Positions 9,848-19,662 of a stretch of DNA of 64,000 bases are shown piece after piece. Position 1 is the stretch's first letter. Each line of letters begins with the position of its first letter. The stretch is from Armatimonadota bacterium (GTDB lineage: Bacteria; Armatimonadota; UBA5829; DTLH01). Location of the stretch: the NCBI GenBank assembly GCA_039679675.1, contig JBDKUN010000059.1, positions 145,681 to 209,680 on the forward strand, read 5' to 3'. The notes under the pieces were generated by a model. The model had not been told where the DNA came from. It saw only the letters and a program-made list of their open reading frames with translations, and searched no databases. Both the position numbers and the translations under genes were made by a program.

Positions 9848-10872
9848 TTCTCTTTCCTCCGCTGGGAGATGAGTTCAGATGCAGCATCGAATGCACGATC
9901 AACCGTAATAGCCTGAAGACATTTAAAATCTCCGCATGTAGGCTTATGTCCGCACGGAGCACATGAAAGTTGCTCCCAGAGCACTTTCGACTTATCGCAG
10001 TACGGCCCGGTTATCCTCGGATCAGTCGGCCCAAAGATCGCAACCACCGGAGTTCCCACTGAAACCGCGAGATGCATCGGCCCTGTATCATTACTGACTA
10101 CCGCATCGCATTTTTCGAGGACCGCCGCAAGCTGACCGATCTTCGTGCGCCCAGCAATATCAATCGGCGGGTTCTTTGCCTTCCGCATCACTTCATCTAC
10201 TGTTTCGCGCTCGGATGCCGACCCTACTATTAGCACATTTAGGCCATCTGAGGCAAGCCTGTCCGCCAATGCTGCATACCGGTCAGGGAACCACTGCTTC
10301 GCAGCAACACTCGATCCGGGACTGATAGCTACAGTCGGTCTGTCTTTCGTTATTCCGACGGATTCGAGCAGGTCTGCTGCAAATTCACGTTCCTCTTTCG
10401 ATGTAAACATCTCCATTTTGGGGTTTCGGACATCCGCGCCGATCGTCCGCACAAGATCGAGATACCAATCCACCCTGTGGCAGCCGGGCCTGCGTGAAAC
10501 TGGATGCGTCAGAAACCTTGTCAGCCCAGGCTCATCGAACCCGACTCTTGTGGTCGCACCGGCCCACTTTCCGAGCGCGGCCATTCTGACGGAACTGAAG
10601 GTAAAGAGCACGCTCGTATCGCACCCGCCGGCGCGCACCTTGGGAATCATCTTGATGATCGAAAGGGGCCCTCTTTTTCGCGTCAGAACCTCATCAACGC
10701 ATGGATTATGATTGAGAAGGTCCTCCATACCGGAAAGGACGACATTGCGAATGCGCGCATCAGGAAAATTTTCTTTCAGTGCCCTTATCGCCGGTGTAGT
10801 GAAGAGGATATCACCAATGTGGTTTAGGTTGAGCAGAAGCAGGCAGCCATGATTGTTATGCAAATCAGGCAA
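9844..10872 (-). CDS. Glycosyltransferase family 9 (heptosyltransferase II-like)
   Basis: HIGDILFTTPAIRALK, SPGSSVAAKQW, SNDTGPMHLA, IFGPTDP; start reset to the TTG at 10872 behind GAGG. Confidence 0.9.
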   Translation of the reverse strand: MPDLHNNHGCLLLLNLNHIGDILFTTPAIRALKENFPDARIRNVVLSGMEDLLNHNPCVDEVLTRKRGPLSIIKMIPKVRAGGCDTSVLFTFSSVRMAALGKWAGATTRVGFDEPGLTRFLTHPVSRRPGCHRVDWYLDLVRTIGADVRNPKMEMFTSKEEREFAADLLESVGITKDRPTVAISPGSSVAAKQWFPDRYAALADRLASDGLNVLIVGSASERETVDEVMRKAKNPPIDIAGRTKIGQLAAVLEKCDAVVSNDTGPMHLAVSVGTPVVAIFGPTDPRITGPYCDKSKVLWEQLSCAPCGHKPTCGDFKCLQAITVDRAFDAASELISQRRKEK

Positions 10873-12004
10873 CCTCTTTTCGTGTATTTGGTTGAAGCGC
10901 GTTCTGCAAAACATCGCGATATACGCGCAGATTGCCATCGACCATCTGATCTACGCTGAATTCAGACTGTACTAACCGGCGGCCGTTTTCACCGAACCGT
11001 TTTCCCAGCTCTCTATCACGGAATAACTTAAGCACTGATTGCTTAATCGCCTCTGTGTCTTCGGGCTGGATCAAAAACCCGGTTTCCCCATCTCTGACTA
11101 TCTCAGGAATACCGCCGACAGCCGATGCAACTATCGGAACACCGGCATACGCAGCCTGCAGCAGCGATACACCAAGCCCTTCACGAAGAGCCGGATGCAC
11201 TACTACATCCAGATTAGTAAGAATCCTGTTCATATCTTCTCTGAATCCCGCAAACTGCACTTCTTCCGATATTCCCAGTTCCTGCACCCGGCTTTCAAGT
11301 TGAGCTCTGAGCGGGCCTTTACCAAATATCAGAAACCGAGCATCGGGAAACTCCTTCAATATATCCGGTATGACTGAAAAGAAATACCTGTGGCCCTTGC
11401 GCTCAATAAGTTGAGCTATTACACCTGCTACTGGAGCATCCTGAGAAATACCGAATTCTGACTCAAACCACTTTCTATCCCTATCGCACTGAGGTTTTGC
11501 CGTTATGATAGCACTGTGGACTAGCTCAAGCCGTTCTTCATCGATACCACAGTCACTGAGCACTTTTTTTATCCCACCGGAGATAGCTATGATCTTGTCC
11601 GGGATCACATTATATTTGAGACGCCCAAGAGCTCCCAGGCTGATACGGTCATCGACTCGGCGGGACAATACCACTGCGGGGACTCGCGCCATCCTTGCAG
11701 CTACCCCGCCCAAAATCTCTGCGCCTCTCCGGCTGTGGAGATGCACTACATCAGGCTTTACCTTCCGCACCTCACTATAGACTCTCAACACAAGCGAGGG
11801 ATCACAGTCGCACCATACACTTACGGGATGAACGGGTATGCCCGACCGGCGAGCCTCAGTCTCGATAGCGCTTCCCTTCGCGCATACAAGATCGACACCA
11901 TGCCCTCTCTCGGCCAAGCCGCGCATAAGATAGACGACCTGCAGAGCTCCGCCGTACATATGCCTGCCGAACTCGATATGCACTGTATTTATACGGCCTT
12001 TCAA
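10865..12004 (-). CDS. Glycosyltransferase family 4
   Basis: YGGALQV, RKGH, EGLGVSLLQAAYAGVPIVASAVGGIPE. Confidence 0.92.
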   Translation of the reverse strand: MKGRINTVHIEFGRHMYGGALQVVYLMRGLAERGHGVDLVCAKGSAIETEARRSGIPVHPVSVWCDCDPSLVLRVYSEVRKVKPDVVHLHSRRGAEILGGVAARMARVPAVVLSRRVDDRISLGALGRLKYNVIPDKIIAISGGIKKVLSDCGIDEERLELVHSAIITAKPQCDRDRKWFESEFGISQDAPVAGVIAQLIERKGHRYFFSVIPDILKEFPDARFLIFGKGPLRAQLESRVQELGISEEVQFAGFREDMNRILTNLDVVVHPALREGLGVSLLQAAYAGVPIVASAVGGIPEIVRDGETGFLIQPEDTEAIKQSVLKLFRDRELGKRFGENGRRLVQSEFSVDQMVDGNLRVYRDVLQNALQPNTRKEVA

Positions 12005-13059
12005 CTCTCTGCTCCCTCAAAACTGTGCGGAAATATGGCTGACTGCGCCGCCGATAAAACTTCCTCCGGCGTTACATCCGTTATGCACTCAAAACGTTCG
12101 CATGTCGGCTTTTTAAAGCATGGTACACAGTCCATATCTTTTCTGACAACTGCGAAATTATCCCGATTAATATGGTTCTGCCAGGCGGTTGTCGGACCGA
12201 ATATTCCTATAGATTGCTTTCCGATTGCAACGCCGGTGTGAAGAAGCCCTGTGTCGACCGCAACTACCAGAGAGCAACTGTCCTGAACTGCCACAGCCTG
12301 TTTAAGCGTTGTGCAGCCTGCTATATTAATCGCAGGGGCCTCTATTTTTGCCAAGATCCTATCGATCATCTCGCGGTCTTTTTTCACGCCAAGGAATATA
12401 CTCCTCATGCCCATCTCATTCCACAAAAGATCCGCAAGTTTCGACCATCCTTCTTCAGACCAATGCTTGTTAGCCCTTGTAGTCGCAGGACAAAGGGCTG
12501 CCGCCTTTTCTCCTACGTTCAATCCAGCTTCTATTAATATCTTCGATGCTGACTCTCGTTCCTCATCACTGATAACCACCCGCATATCCCCGTCCTGGTC
12601 ATCAGGAATGATCCCAAGCGGTTCAAGAAGCCTCATATAGCAGGCCATACCGTGACGGCAACGGCGTTTCGGAGCAGTTTTTTCGCAAGCTACGGTCTCA
12701 TTGTAGGCTACTCCGCTGAACTCTCTGCTGTCAGCATAACCTATCCGGCGTTTTGCTCCCGATGCCGCAGTTACGAGGGCGCTCCGCGCTAATCCCTGGA
12801 AATCAAGAGCCACATCAAACTGGCGTTTTCTCAACACTTGCGTGAGTTTCAGAAAAGATGCCGGGCCGCTCCTGTCAAAGTTAATCGTCTCATCCACATC
12901 CGGATTGCCCTCAAGGATTCCAGCCGATTTAGACTCGACTACCCAGGTAATCCTGGCATCCGGTATACGCCGTCTGAGCATGCGTACAGCAGCCGTAGTC
13001 ATAACTACGTCCCCTATCGCACTCAGTCTGACGATCAATATGGATAAGTTGTTTGACAT
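12001..13059 (-). CDS. Glycosyltransferase family 9 (heptosyltransferase I-like)
   Basis: ILIVRLSAIGDVV, DFQGLARS, VDTGLLH, IFGPT. Confidence 0.9.
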   Translation of the reverse strand: MSNNLSILIVRLSAIGDVVMTTAAVRMLRRRIPDARITWVVESKSAGILEGNPDVDETINFDRSGPASFLKLTQVLRKRQFDVALDFQGLARSALVTAASGAKRRIGYADSREFSGVAYNETVACEKTAPKRRCRHGMACYMRLLEPLGIIPDDQDGDMRVVISDEERESASKILIEAGLNVGEKAAALCPATTRANKHWSEEGWSKLADLLWNEMGMRSIFLGVKKDREMIDRILAKIEAPAINIAGCTTLKQAVAVQDSCSLVVAVDTGLLHTGVAIGKQSIGIFGPTTAWQNHINRDNFAVVRKDMDCVPCFKKPTCERFECITDVTPEEVLSAAQSAIFPHSFEGAES

Positions 13060-13080
13060 AATAAGGATTCAACCGGTTAC

Positions 13081-13821
13081 TTAATCGAACTCTTTCTGCT
13101 CCACTCCCGTATTAACAGTGATATCCTTTGTTTCTGTTGTCGCTGCCAGTTTTCCTTCACTGTTGTATACCTCAGCCTTGCATGGAGTCCAAATCCCGTT
13201 TACCTTGATATGGTTGAAGTATAGCGTCTTCACCTTGAGCGAGTCATCTCCGAACATCCTGTCGCGCCTCAACAATTTATAATCCTTACCGTCAATCCAG
13301 ATCAATTGATACTTGCTGCTCTTGGCTGTCTTCAGCTTCAGAACATAAGCAAGTGAACCGTCTTCGTTCTTTTCAGTCCGGACCAGGCTGATATTGTAAA
13401 TATCCCAGATGACATCAGATACTACGCCCACATCCAGCGGGCTCATTCGTTTTTCCTGCTCTTTCGATATATCTTCACGTTTTTTGTATCTCATAGACGG
13501 GATTCTAATGTGCCGGACATTACCTGCGGTGATGAATTCAACCTTCATCATACCCAGCACACCGTTTATCTTGAGGCTATCGGGGGCCTTAAACACTACT
13601 TTGGCGCTTTTAAACTCATAAAGCTCCGCGAAGACTTTGCCCATTTTCTGAAGCTCTCGCTGGTTGGAATTGACAACGACCAGATTGCAGCTAAGATCTT
13701 TCAGTCCACCTGCAGCCTTATGGACATGAGTCTTGAGACTTTCCAGCTCATCTGCTGCGAAAAGCGTGGATGATATTGTTATCAAAGCTATAATTACTGC
13801 GAATCCGAATAACTTTTTCAA
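13081..13821 (-). CDS. LolA-like outer-membrane lipoprotein-sorting protein
   Basis: Signal peptide; FKAPD, YVLKL, IWIDGKDYKLLR, VNGIWTP, ITVNTGV..FD pattern. Confidence 0.65.
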   Translation of the reverse strand: MKKLFGFAVIIALITISSTLFAADELESLKTHVHKAAGGLKDLSCNLVVVNSNQRELQKMGKVFAELYEFKSAKVVFKAPDSLKINGVLGMMKVEFITAGNVRHIRIPSMRYKKREDISKEQEKRMSPLDVGVVSDVIWDIYNISLVRTEKNEDGSLAYVLKLKTAKSSKYQLIWIDGKDYKLLRRDRMFGDDSLKVKTLYFNHIKVNGIWTPCKAEVYNSEGKLAATTETKDITVNTGVEQKEFD

Positions 13822-14747
13822 CTACTTGTCTCCATCGATTCCTTGACTGCTTCCGATGCCCGTTTCCATCTGTCGTGGAGCCACAGCCACTGAGACGGGT
13901 CTTTTCTGATCTCATCTTCTATTGCCGTGGTTATTGCCTGCGTCAGCATGTGAATATCTTCTTTTTCATTACCTGTATGAGTTACAGTAATAGGCGGGTA
14001 TATTCTTGCCCTAAACCGGCCTTCTTCATCCCTGCGCGCAAACCCACAGACAACTGGAGCGCCTGTTCTAAGTGCAAATACGGCAGGGCCTGTTGCAGTA
14101 GCACAGGGTTTGCCGAAAAAGTCTACAAATATACCGGTGAACGTGTTCTGGTCCGGCAGTATTCCCAAAACCTCATTTCTCTTAAGCGACCTGACAGCCG
14201 GAAGTGCTGAGTTGTCCCTGTCCAGCACGTGATATCCGGCTGTCTCACGCATTTTGTTGGCAATGCCGGTCATCGCCGGGTCGTCGCTATTGCGGGCTAT
14301 CACGTTCACTTTATAGCCGGATAGAACCAGTTTTCGGGCAAATATCTCCCAGTTGCCCAGATGAGCCGTTATAAGAATAACGCCATGTCCCTTGGCAAGA
14401 GCTTCATCCATATATTCTTTTCCATCAAGATCAATCCAGGCATCAAGTTCCTCAGGCGGCAGGTGCAGAATATGCAAGAACTCCAGCATGCCTTTTGCAA
14501 AGTGCCTGCAGGTGTTTCTGGCAGTTGCGCGGACCTTCTCACTGCTCCATTCTGGATATGCCGCTGTGAGATTTTTTATAGCTACCCGCCTGTATCTTCG
14601 GGACATAAGAAACATAAAGTCTCCAAGTCTCCTGCCCCACCGGCCTATATTCGATTTGTTCAACCTGCTCGAAAAGCGAAGGAAAACCCATGCAGCTATC
14701 CTTCCGCCCAGAAATTCCAGTCTTTTTCTCAGCTTTCGGCGCGTCAT
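13818..14747 (-). CDS. lpxL: Lipid A late (lauroyl/myristoyl) acyltransferase
   Basis: TAHLGNWE, LPDQ, VDFFG, QWLWLHDRWK. Confidence 0.9.
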   Translation of the reverse strand: MTRRKLRKRLEFLGGRIAAWVFLRFSSRLNKSNIGRWGRRLGDFMFLMSRRYRRVAIKNLTAAYPEWSSEKVRATARNTCRHFAKGMLEFLHILHLPPEELDAWIDLDGKEYMDEALAKGHGVILITAHLGNWEIFARKLVLSGYKVNVIARNSDDPAMTGIANKMRETAGYHVLDRDNSALPAVRSLKRNEVLGILPDQNTFTGIFVDFFGKPCATATGPAVFALRTGAPVVCGFARRDEEGRFRARIYPPITVTHTGNEKEDIHMLTQAITTAIEDEIRKDPSQWLWLHDRWKRASEAVKESMETSS

Positions 14748-17095
14748 AAACCAATCACCCTATCCAAAAGCCGATCCATGTTATCTATCATAAGTTCAAT
14801 GTCCAACACATACATGTTCTCTAGACGCAGTTTTACGGCATCTTTTGCCGTTGTGACTATAGCTTGTGCACCACTTGACTCAAATGCCCGCTGAACAGCA
14901 TTCACCCTCTCTTGAGAATACGAACAGTGGTCTCCAAAGCTTATTCTTTCCTTTATATCCGCGCCGCACTCTCTGAGTAGTATATCGAATGATTCAGGGC
15001 TTGCAATGCCGGATACCGCCACTATCGCCATTCCCTGAAGCCTAGATGTATCAAGTCGCTCGCCCGTTTCACAGTCGATCAAAGCGCTCGGAACTTTACC
15101 TGCGGTAAATATTTCCGCATCAGGCGCACGATAAGCCAACTCAGCCTTAAGACCGGCTGCGCGGTCGGAATCAACCAGTTCTTTACCAGTGATCATGACC
15201 GCGTCGGCTCGTTTAATCCCGCTTACGGGTTCCCGAAGATCCCCAGCAGGCAATAACATGTTCATTCCATACGGTTTGTCCGCTCGCACAAGTATTATTT
15301 CGACATCTCGGTGAAGCTGCCAATACTGCATTCCGTCATCGAGCACTATCACATCCGGGCTGAACCTTTCCATCAGAATCAGCCCCATTTTGCGCCTGTC
15401 TTTTCCGATTGCTACAGGCACTCCGGGGAGCGCATTAGCAAGAAGCGCCGGTTCATCCCCGCATTCATGTGCATCCAGATACCGTGTAATGCCGTCCGAC
15501 ACTACAGCACCAACCTTACACAGACTTCCACCATGCCCCCGGCTGAGTATTGCGGGTTTCAGTCCACGGCGCAATAAACCTTCACATATTGACCGTACCG
15601 CAGGGGATTTCCCTGTTCCTCCGAACGTCAGGTTCCCAACGCTCACGACACGGCAGGGGAGTTTATATCGCAGCCTTAGTCCAGTTTTATAGGGCAATAA
15701 ATACACCCACAGTCCAAGCCCATAGAGCCAGGAAAAGGGCAAAAGCAGGATACTGGGGGATAGCAAGTGTTCAGATACTCCGCGATCCTTCTGTTCTCTG
15801 TTCCCTGCTCCCTGTTTACTCGCCTCTACTATCTTCTCCGCATATCTCCTTGACGCGCCCCTGTTTGCATTCATCATCTCAAGAGCATATTTTCGTATAT
15901 CATCCAGTGCAGGACCGTGTGTTTGCAGATTTGTTATGTGTTTCGCAAGCTCTTCTTTATCCTTGACTTCAAAACCAACTCCAGCATCCACAGCCTGTCT
16001 GACCAGATCGCGCGCTTTAAAAGTGTAAGGACCGAAAAGGACAGGTTTTCCCTGCGCTATCGGCTGGAGGATATTGTGGCCACCTTTCGGGATCAGGCTT
16101 CCCCCGACGAACGCCGCGTAACCAACCGCATAGACAGTGGCAAGCTCACCGAAGGTATCAAGGATGATAATATCCTCTTTTCCTGATATGTTCTCAGACT
16201 GGCTTCTTCTGCCACAGGACAGACCGCGAGCACTCGCCATTTCGACTATTTCATCGGCGCGTTCTATCTGCCTTGGTGCCAATATCATTCTGAGATCGGG
16301 AACAGACTGCCGCGCTAGCTTAAATGCATCCAAAACCGGCTCATCTTCGCCTGGATTAATGCTTCCTGCTACAAACACACTCTGGCCTTTTATTAATCCG
16401 AAGCGCTTTCTTATTTCATCGATCTCCGGTTTAGTAAGCGGGTCGGACTCCTGATCAAACTTACAGTTACCGATGACCTCTACACGCTTTTCTGAAGCTC
16501 CAAGCCCGATTATCCGCTCGGCATCGGTATCTGTCTGCATGAGCATCGTCTGAACGTTGGAAAGAGCCCACTTATAGAACGGCTTTATCTTTCTACCATT
16601 CTTTACGGTGCGGTCGGAGACAATCCCATTTACTATCAGCGTTCGGACACCGATTCTTCTTGCAAATTCGAGGAAATTCGGCCAAATCTCGCTTTCCATG
16701 CTTACAAAGACATCAGGATCGACTACATCCAGCGACTTTATCACGGAAAATGCAGTATCCAGCGGAAAATATATGATATGATCCGCCTCAGGAAGAGATT
16801 TCCGGGCCATTTCCTGGCCTGTAATGGTCGTGGTGGAAACTATAATTTCCGCATCAGGGCAAATAGCTTTTATCTCGCGGAGTATCGGTGCGCTTGCGAC
16901 TACTTCGCCGACAGATACAGCTTGAATCCAGATACGCGGCCGTGTTTTTGATCTTCTGTGGACACTTTCGGGGAAAATACCCAGCTGCTGCCGCCATGCA
17001 TTGCGGGATTTCCCTGACCCCAAGACTCTCCAGATGTAATATACGGCTAGAACCGGACTGAGCAGAAGGAGCAGGAGATTATAAACAATCGGCAT
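14744..17095 (-). CDS. waaA-lpxK: Fused Kdo transferase (WaaA/KdtA) and tetraacyldisaccharide 4'-kinase (LpxK)
   Basis: N-half IWIQAVSVGE, YFPLD, ESEIWPN, GGSL..GGHN; C-half VSVGNLTFGGTGKSP, SRGHG, GDEP, LDDGMQY, LLPAGDLRE, TTAKDAVK; single frame. Confidence 0.93.
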   Translation of the reverse strand: MPIVYNLLLLLLSPVLAVYYIWRVLGSGKSRNAWRQQLGIFPESVHRRSKTRPRIWIQAVSVGEVVASAPILREIKAICPDAEIIVSTTTITGQEMARKSLPEADHIIYFPLDTAFSVIKSLDVVDPDVFVSMESEIWPNFLEFARRIGVRTLIVNGIVSDRTVKNGRKIKPFYKWALSNVQTMLMQTDTDAERIIGLGASEKRVEVIGNCKFDQESDPLTKPEIDEIRKRFGLIKGQSVFVAGSINPGEDEPVLDAFKLARQSVPDLRMILAPRQIERADEIVEMASARGLSCGRRSQSENISGKEDIIILDTFGELATVYAVGYAAFVGGSLIPKGGHNILQPIAQGKPVLFGPYTFKARDLVRQAVDAGVGFEVKDKEELAKHITNLQTHGPALDDIRKYALEMMNANRGASRRYAEKIVEASKQGAGNREQKDRGVSEHLLSPSILLLPFSWLYGLGLWVYLLPYKTGLRLRYKLPCRVVSVGNLTFGGTGKSPAVRSICEGLLRRGLKPAILSRGHGGSLCKVGAVVSDGITRYLDAHECGDEPALLANALPGVPVAIGKDRRKMGLILMERFSPDVIVLDDGMQYWQLHRDVEIILVRADKPYGMNMLLPAGDLREPVSGIKRADAVMITGKELVDSDRAAGLKAELAYRAPDAEIFTAGKVPSALIDCETGERLDTSRLQGMAIVAVSGIASPESFDILLRECGADIKERISFGDHCSYSQERVNAVQRAFESSGAQAIVTTAKDAVKLRLENMYVLDIELMIDNMDRLLDRVIGL
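15789..15816 (-). repeat. Four tandem heptamers in the WaaA-LpxK linker
   Basis: AACAGGG AGCAGGG AACAGAG AACAGAA on the minus strand. Confidence 0.55.
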
Positions 17096-17774
17096 CCTGC
17101 TTTCCCTTTCCAAACAGTTCCTCAGCGGCTCTTTCATCCGCCGCGCTTATAGCTTTTCCTATCATTTCAGACCACTTAGTCCGGTCTTCATCCGTCTCAC
17201 ATTTCCCGACATGTATCGGATCACCGAATACGATACATGCCTTTGAAAACGGCTTTGGAACCTCGTGTTTATCCCATGAGTTGAACTGCCACACTCGTGA
17301 GCAAGCAATACCTACTGGCAAAATGCTGCAACCTGACCGTTCAGCCATCAGGACTATTCCAGGCTGCACCACCTTTGCCGGACCACGTGGCCCGTCCGGT
17401 GTAATAGTTATAATTCCGTCGTCTTTTATGCGCTTCACTGATTCGAGCAGCGCTTTTGCGCCGTGTGCACGGCTGGAACCATGGACTATCCTATATCCGC
17501 GAGATTGAAGAAGCCTTGACTGCAGCTCACCGTCTTTTGACACCGAAACAATCGCCCAAAACCCCATATGACGGCAAAAGTATATCGGGAGTATAGTCGT
17601 TCCATGCCATGTAGCTATTACGCCACCATGTCCTGAACTGCGCATATCTTCAAGCCGGTCTATTCCTACCGGCTTGATTCTCACAGTGCAGGCGATACCG
17701 GTGGAAACAAGCCACAAAAGCCGCCAGATTATCTCAGTTCTGAGTTTTTTCCAGATGTCCTTCACTGGAAGCAA
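17079..17774 (-). CDS. DUF374 / lysophospholipid acyltransferase-family protein
   Basis: ATWHG, VSVSKDGE, HGSS, ITPDGPRGP, SWDKHEVPKPF. Confidence 0.85.
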   Translation of the reverse strand: MLPVKDIWKKLRTEIIWRLLWLVSTGIACTVRIKPVGIDRLEDMRSSGHGGVIATWHGTTILPIYFCRHMGFWAIVSVSKDGELQSRLLQSRGYRIVHGSSRAHGAKALLESVKRIKDDGIITITPDGPRGPAKVVQPGIVLMAERSGCSILPVGIACSRVWQFNSWDKHEVPKPFSKACIVFGDPIHVGKCETDEDRTKWSEMIGKAISAADERAAEELFGKGKQDADCL

Positions 17775-19503
17775 CTACCTCTTCTTTTTTTAAATCGAAC
17801 TGTGTGTGATACAACCTAGCAAAAGCGCCTTCATGCTGCATCAGTTCATCAAAACTTCCCTGCTCGACTATTCTGCCGTCTCCAAGGACGATAATCAGAT
17901 CAGCCTGCTTTATGGTAGACAACCTGTGTGCTATTACAAGCGTCGTTCTCCCTACCATGAGCTTATCCAGCGCTTCCTGCACCAGTCGCTCGGAAGTGGC
18001 ATCGAGAGAACTCGTGGCCTCATCGAGGATCAATATGCGTGGGTCTTTCAGAATCGCTCTTGCGATGGCAATCCGTTGTCTTTCACCACCCGAAAGCCTT
18101 GCGCCCCGTTCGCCGATCACCGTCTTATAGCCGTCTTCGAACTGGCTGACAAACATATGAGCATTTGCAGCGCGAGCAGCCTGTTCAACTTCCTCGTCCG
18201 TAGCATCCGGCCTTCCGTAAGCGATGTTGTCCCTTATTGTCCCGCTGAACAGTATCGTTTCTTGCGGAACTATACCTATGTGCTTCCTAAGCGACTCCAA
18301 AGTCACACAACGAATATCATGGTCATCGACCAATACCGCACCGCCTGAAACCTCGTAGAACCTTGGTACTAGATTCGCAACAGTAGACTTTCCGGCGCCG
18401 CTCGGCCCTACAACGGCGACCGCTTTGCCCGGTTCCATCGTGAAAGAAATGTTTTTCAGAACCTGTTCGCCGGTCTGATAAGAGAATGAGACATTTTTGA
18501 ACGCGACGTGGCCGGTTATTTCGCCAAGGTCAACAGCATCAGGAGAATCAGCAATGTCCGGTTCTTCATCAAGAACCTCGAAAATGCGATCAATACCGGC
18601 CATTGTCTGATGGTATGTAACATTCAATCGCCCGATCTTCTTTGCGGAACTGGCGACATAAAACGCTATGCCTCCGAACTCGACTATTGAACCGTATGGA
18701 ATCTGGTGCGACGTTACCAGATAGCCACCGAGCAGCATTATCGCTACTACAACGATTGTGCCAAAGAACTCTGTTATCGGAGTAACTAATGCGCTTCTCC
18801 GAGCGCTCTTTAGGGCAGCCTTCAGGCTGGCCAAGTTCTGCTCAAAAAATCGCTGTATTTCATTTTTCTCCATGCCAAACGATTTGACTACTCTGATCCC
18901 AACAATTGTCTCCTCGAGGACAGCAATCACATCGGCCAGCTTCAATTGAAGGTTTATCGTCAGTTTCCGCATTTTGCGTGTAATTCTACTGATCAAAACG
19001 CCCATACCCGGCACAAAAAGTATAAATATACCTGCCAGGACCCAATTGATCATAAACATCCTGGCAATTCCACCGATAACAGTCAGAGGAGCATTGATGA
19101 CATCCGTAATAGCACCGGAACCATTTTGTATGAGGCCTACATCATTGGTCATCCGCGACATCAGGTGCCCAACCTTATTCCGCTCGAAAAAGCTCAAGGT
19201 CATTGAATGCAGGTGAGCATATATGCGGTTTCTGATATCTGTAGCAATACGATTTGTTGCAGATGCAATTAGGTAGGATTGCCCATAATTCGCCACACCC
19301 TTCGGCAACTGTACAATGACAAACGCCAAGGCAATCATTTTGATCATGTTCCAGTTGTCCAGCTTGACTGCATTGAGGAATTTGCCGGCCAGAAACGGCG
19401 TCAGTAGATCACCACAAGTAACAACTCCGCCTAATATTGATCCTAAGATAAACTGCCACTTATACGCTAATATGTATTGGACGAGTTTTTTACGATTATC
19501 CAA
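17734..19503 (-). CDS. msbA: Lipid A export ABC transporter (permease + ATPase)
   Basis: ABC TM domain, GPSGAGKST, LSGGERQR, ILDEATS; lies in the lpx cluster. Confidence 0.88.
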   Translation of the reverse strand: MDNRKKLVQYILAYKWQFILGSILGGVVTCGDLLTPFLAGKFLNAVKLDNWNMIKMIALAFVIVQLPKGVANYGQSYLIASATNRIATDIRNRIYAHLHSMTLSFFERNKVGHLMSRMTNDVGLIQNGSGAITDVINAPLTVIGGIARMFMINWVLAGIFILFVPGMGVLISRITRKMRKLTINLQLKLADVIAVLEETIVGIRVVKSFGMEKNEIQRFFEQNLASLKAALKSARRSALVTPITEFFGTIVVVAIMLLGGYLVTSHQIPYGSIVEFGGIAFYVASSAKKIGRLNVTYHQTMAGIDRIFEVLDEEPDIADSPDAVDLGEITGHVAFKNVSFSYQTGEQVLKNISFTMEPGKAVAVVGPSGAGKSTVANLVPRFYEVSGGAVLVDDHDIRCVTLESLRKHIGIVPQETILFSGTIRDNIAYGRPDATDEEVEQAARAANAHMFVSQFEDGYKTVIGERGARLSGGERQRIAIARAILKDPRILILDEATSSLDATSERLVQEALDKLMVGRTTLVIAHRLSTIKQADLIIVLGDGRIVEQGSFDELMQHEGAFARLYHTQFDLKKEEVVASSEGHLEKTQN

Positions 19504-19524
19504 AGTTGTTTCCTAACTGCTTAA

Positions 19525-19618
19525 AGAGTTTCGGGTAATGATTGTAACAATCCTACGGACACATAACCAGTCAATGATAATGCTGCATCTGTTGTTTTTC
19601 GCTTACACCCGAAACTCT
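19525..19618. repeat. 12-bp perfect inverted repeat flanking a 70-bp segment upstream of msbA
   Basis: AGAGTTTCGGGT (19525-19536) and ACCCGAAACTCT (19607-19618); internal palindrome GATTGT-A-ACAATC (19540-19552). Confidence 0.6.
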
Positions 19619-19662
19619 CCCGGAAGGAGTTTTGGCTGAAACGATATCTACTACTCGCTACA

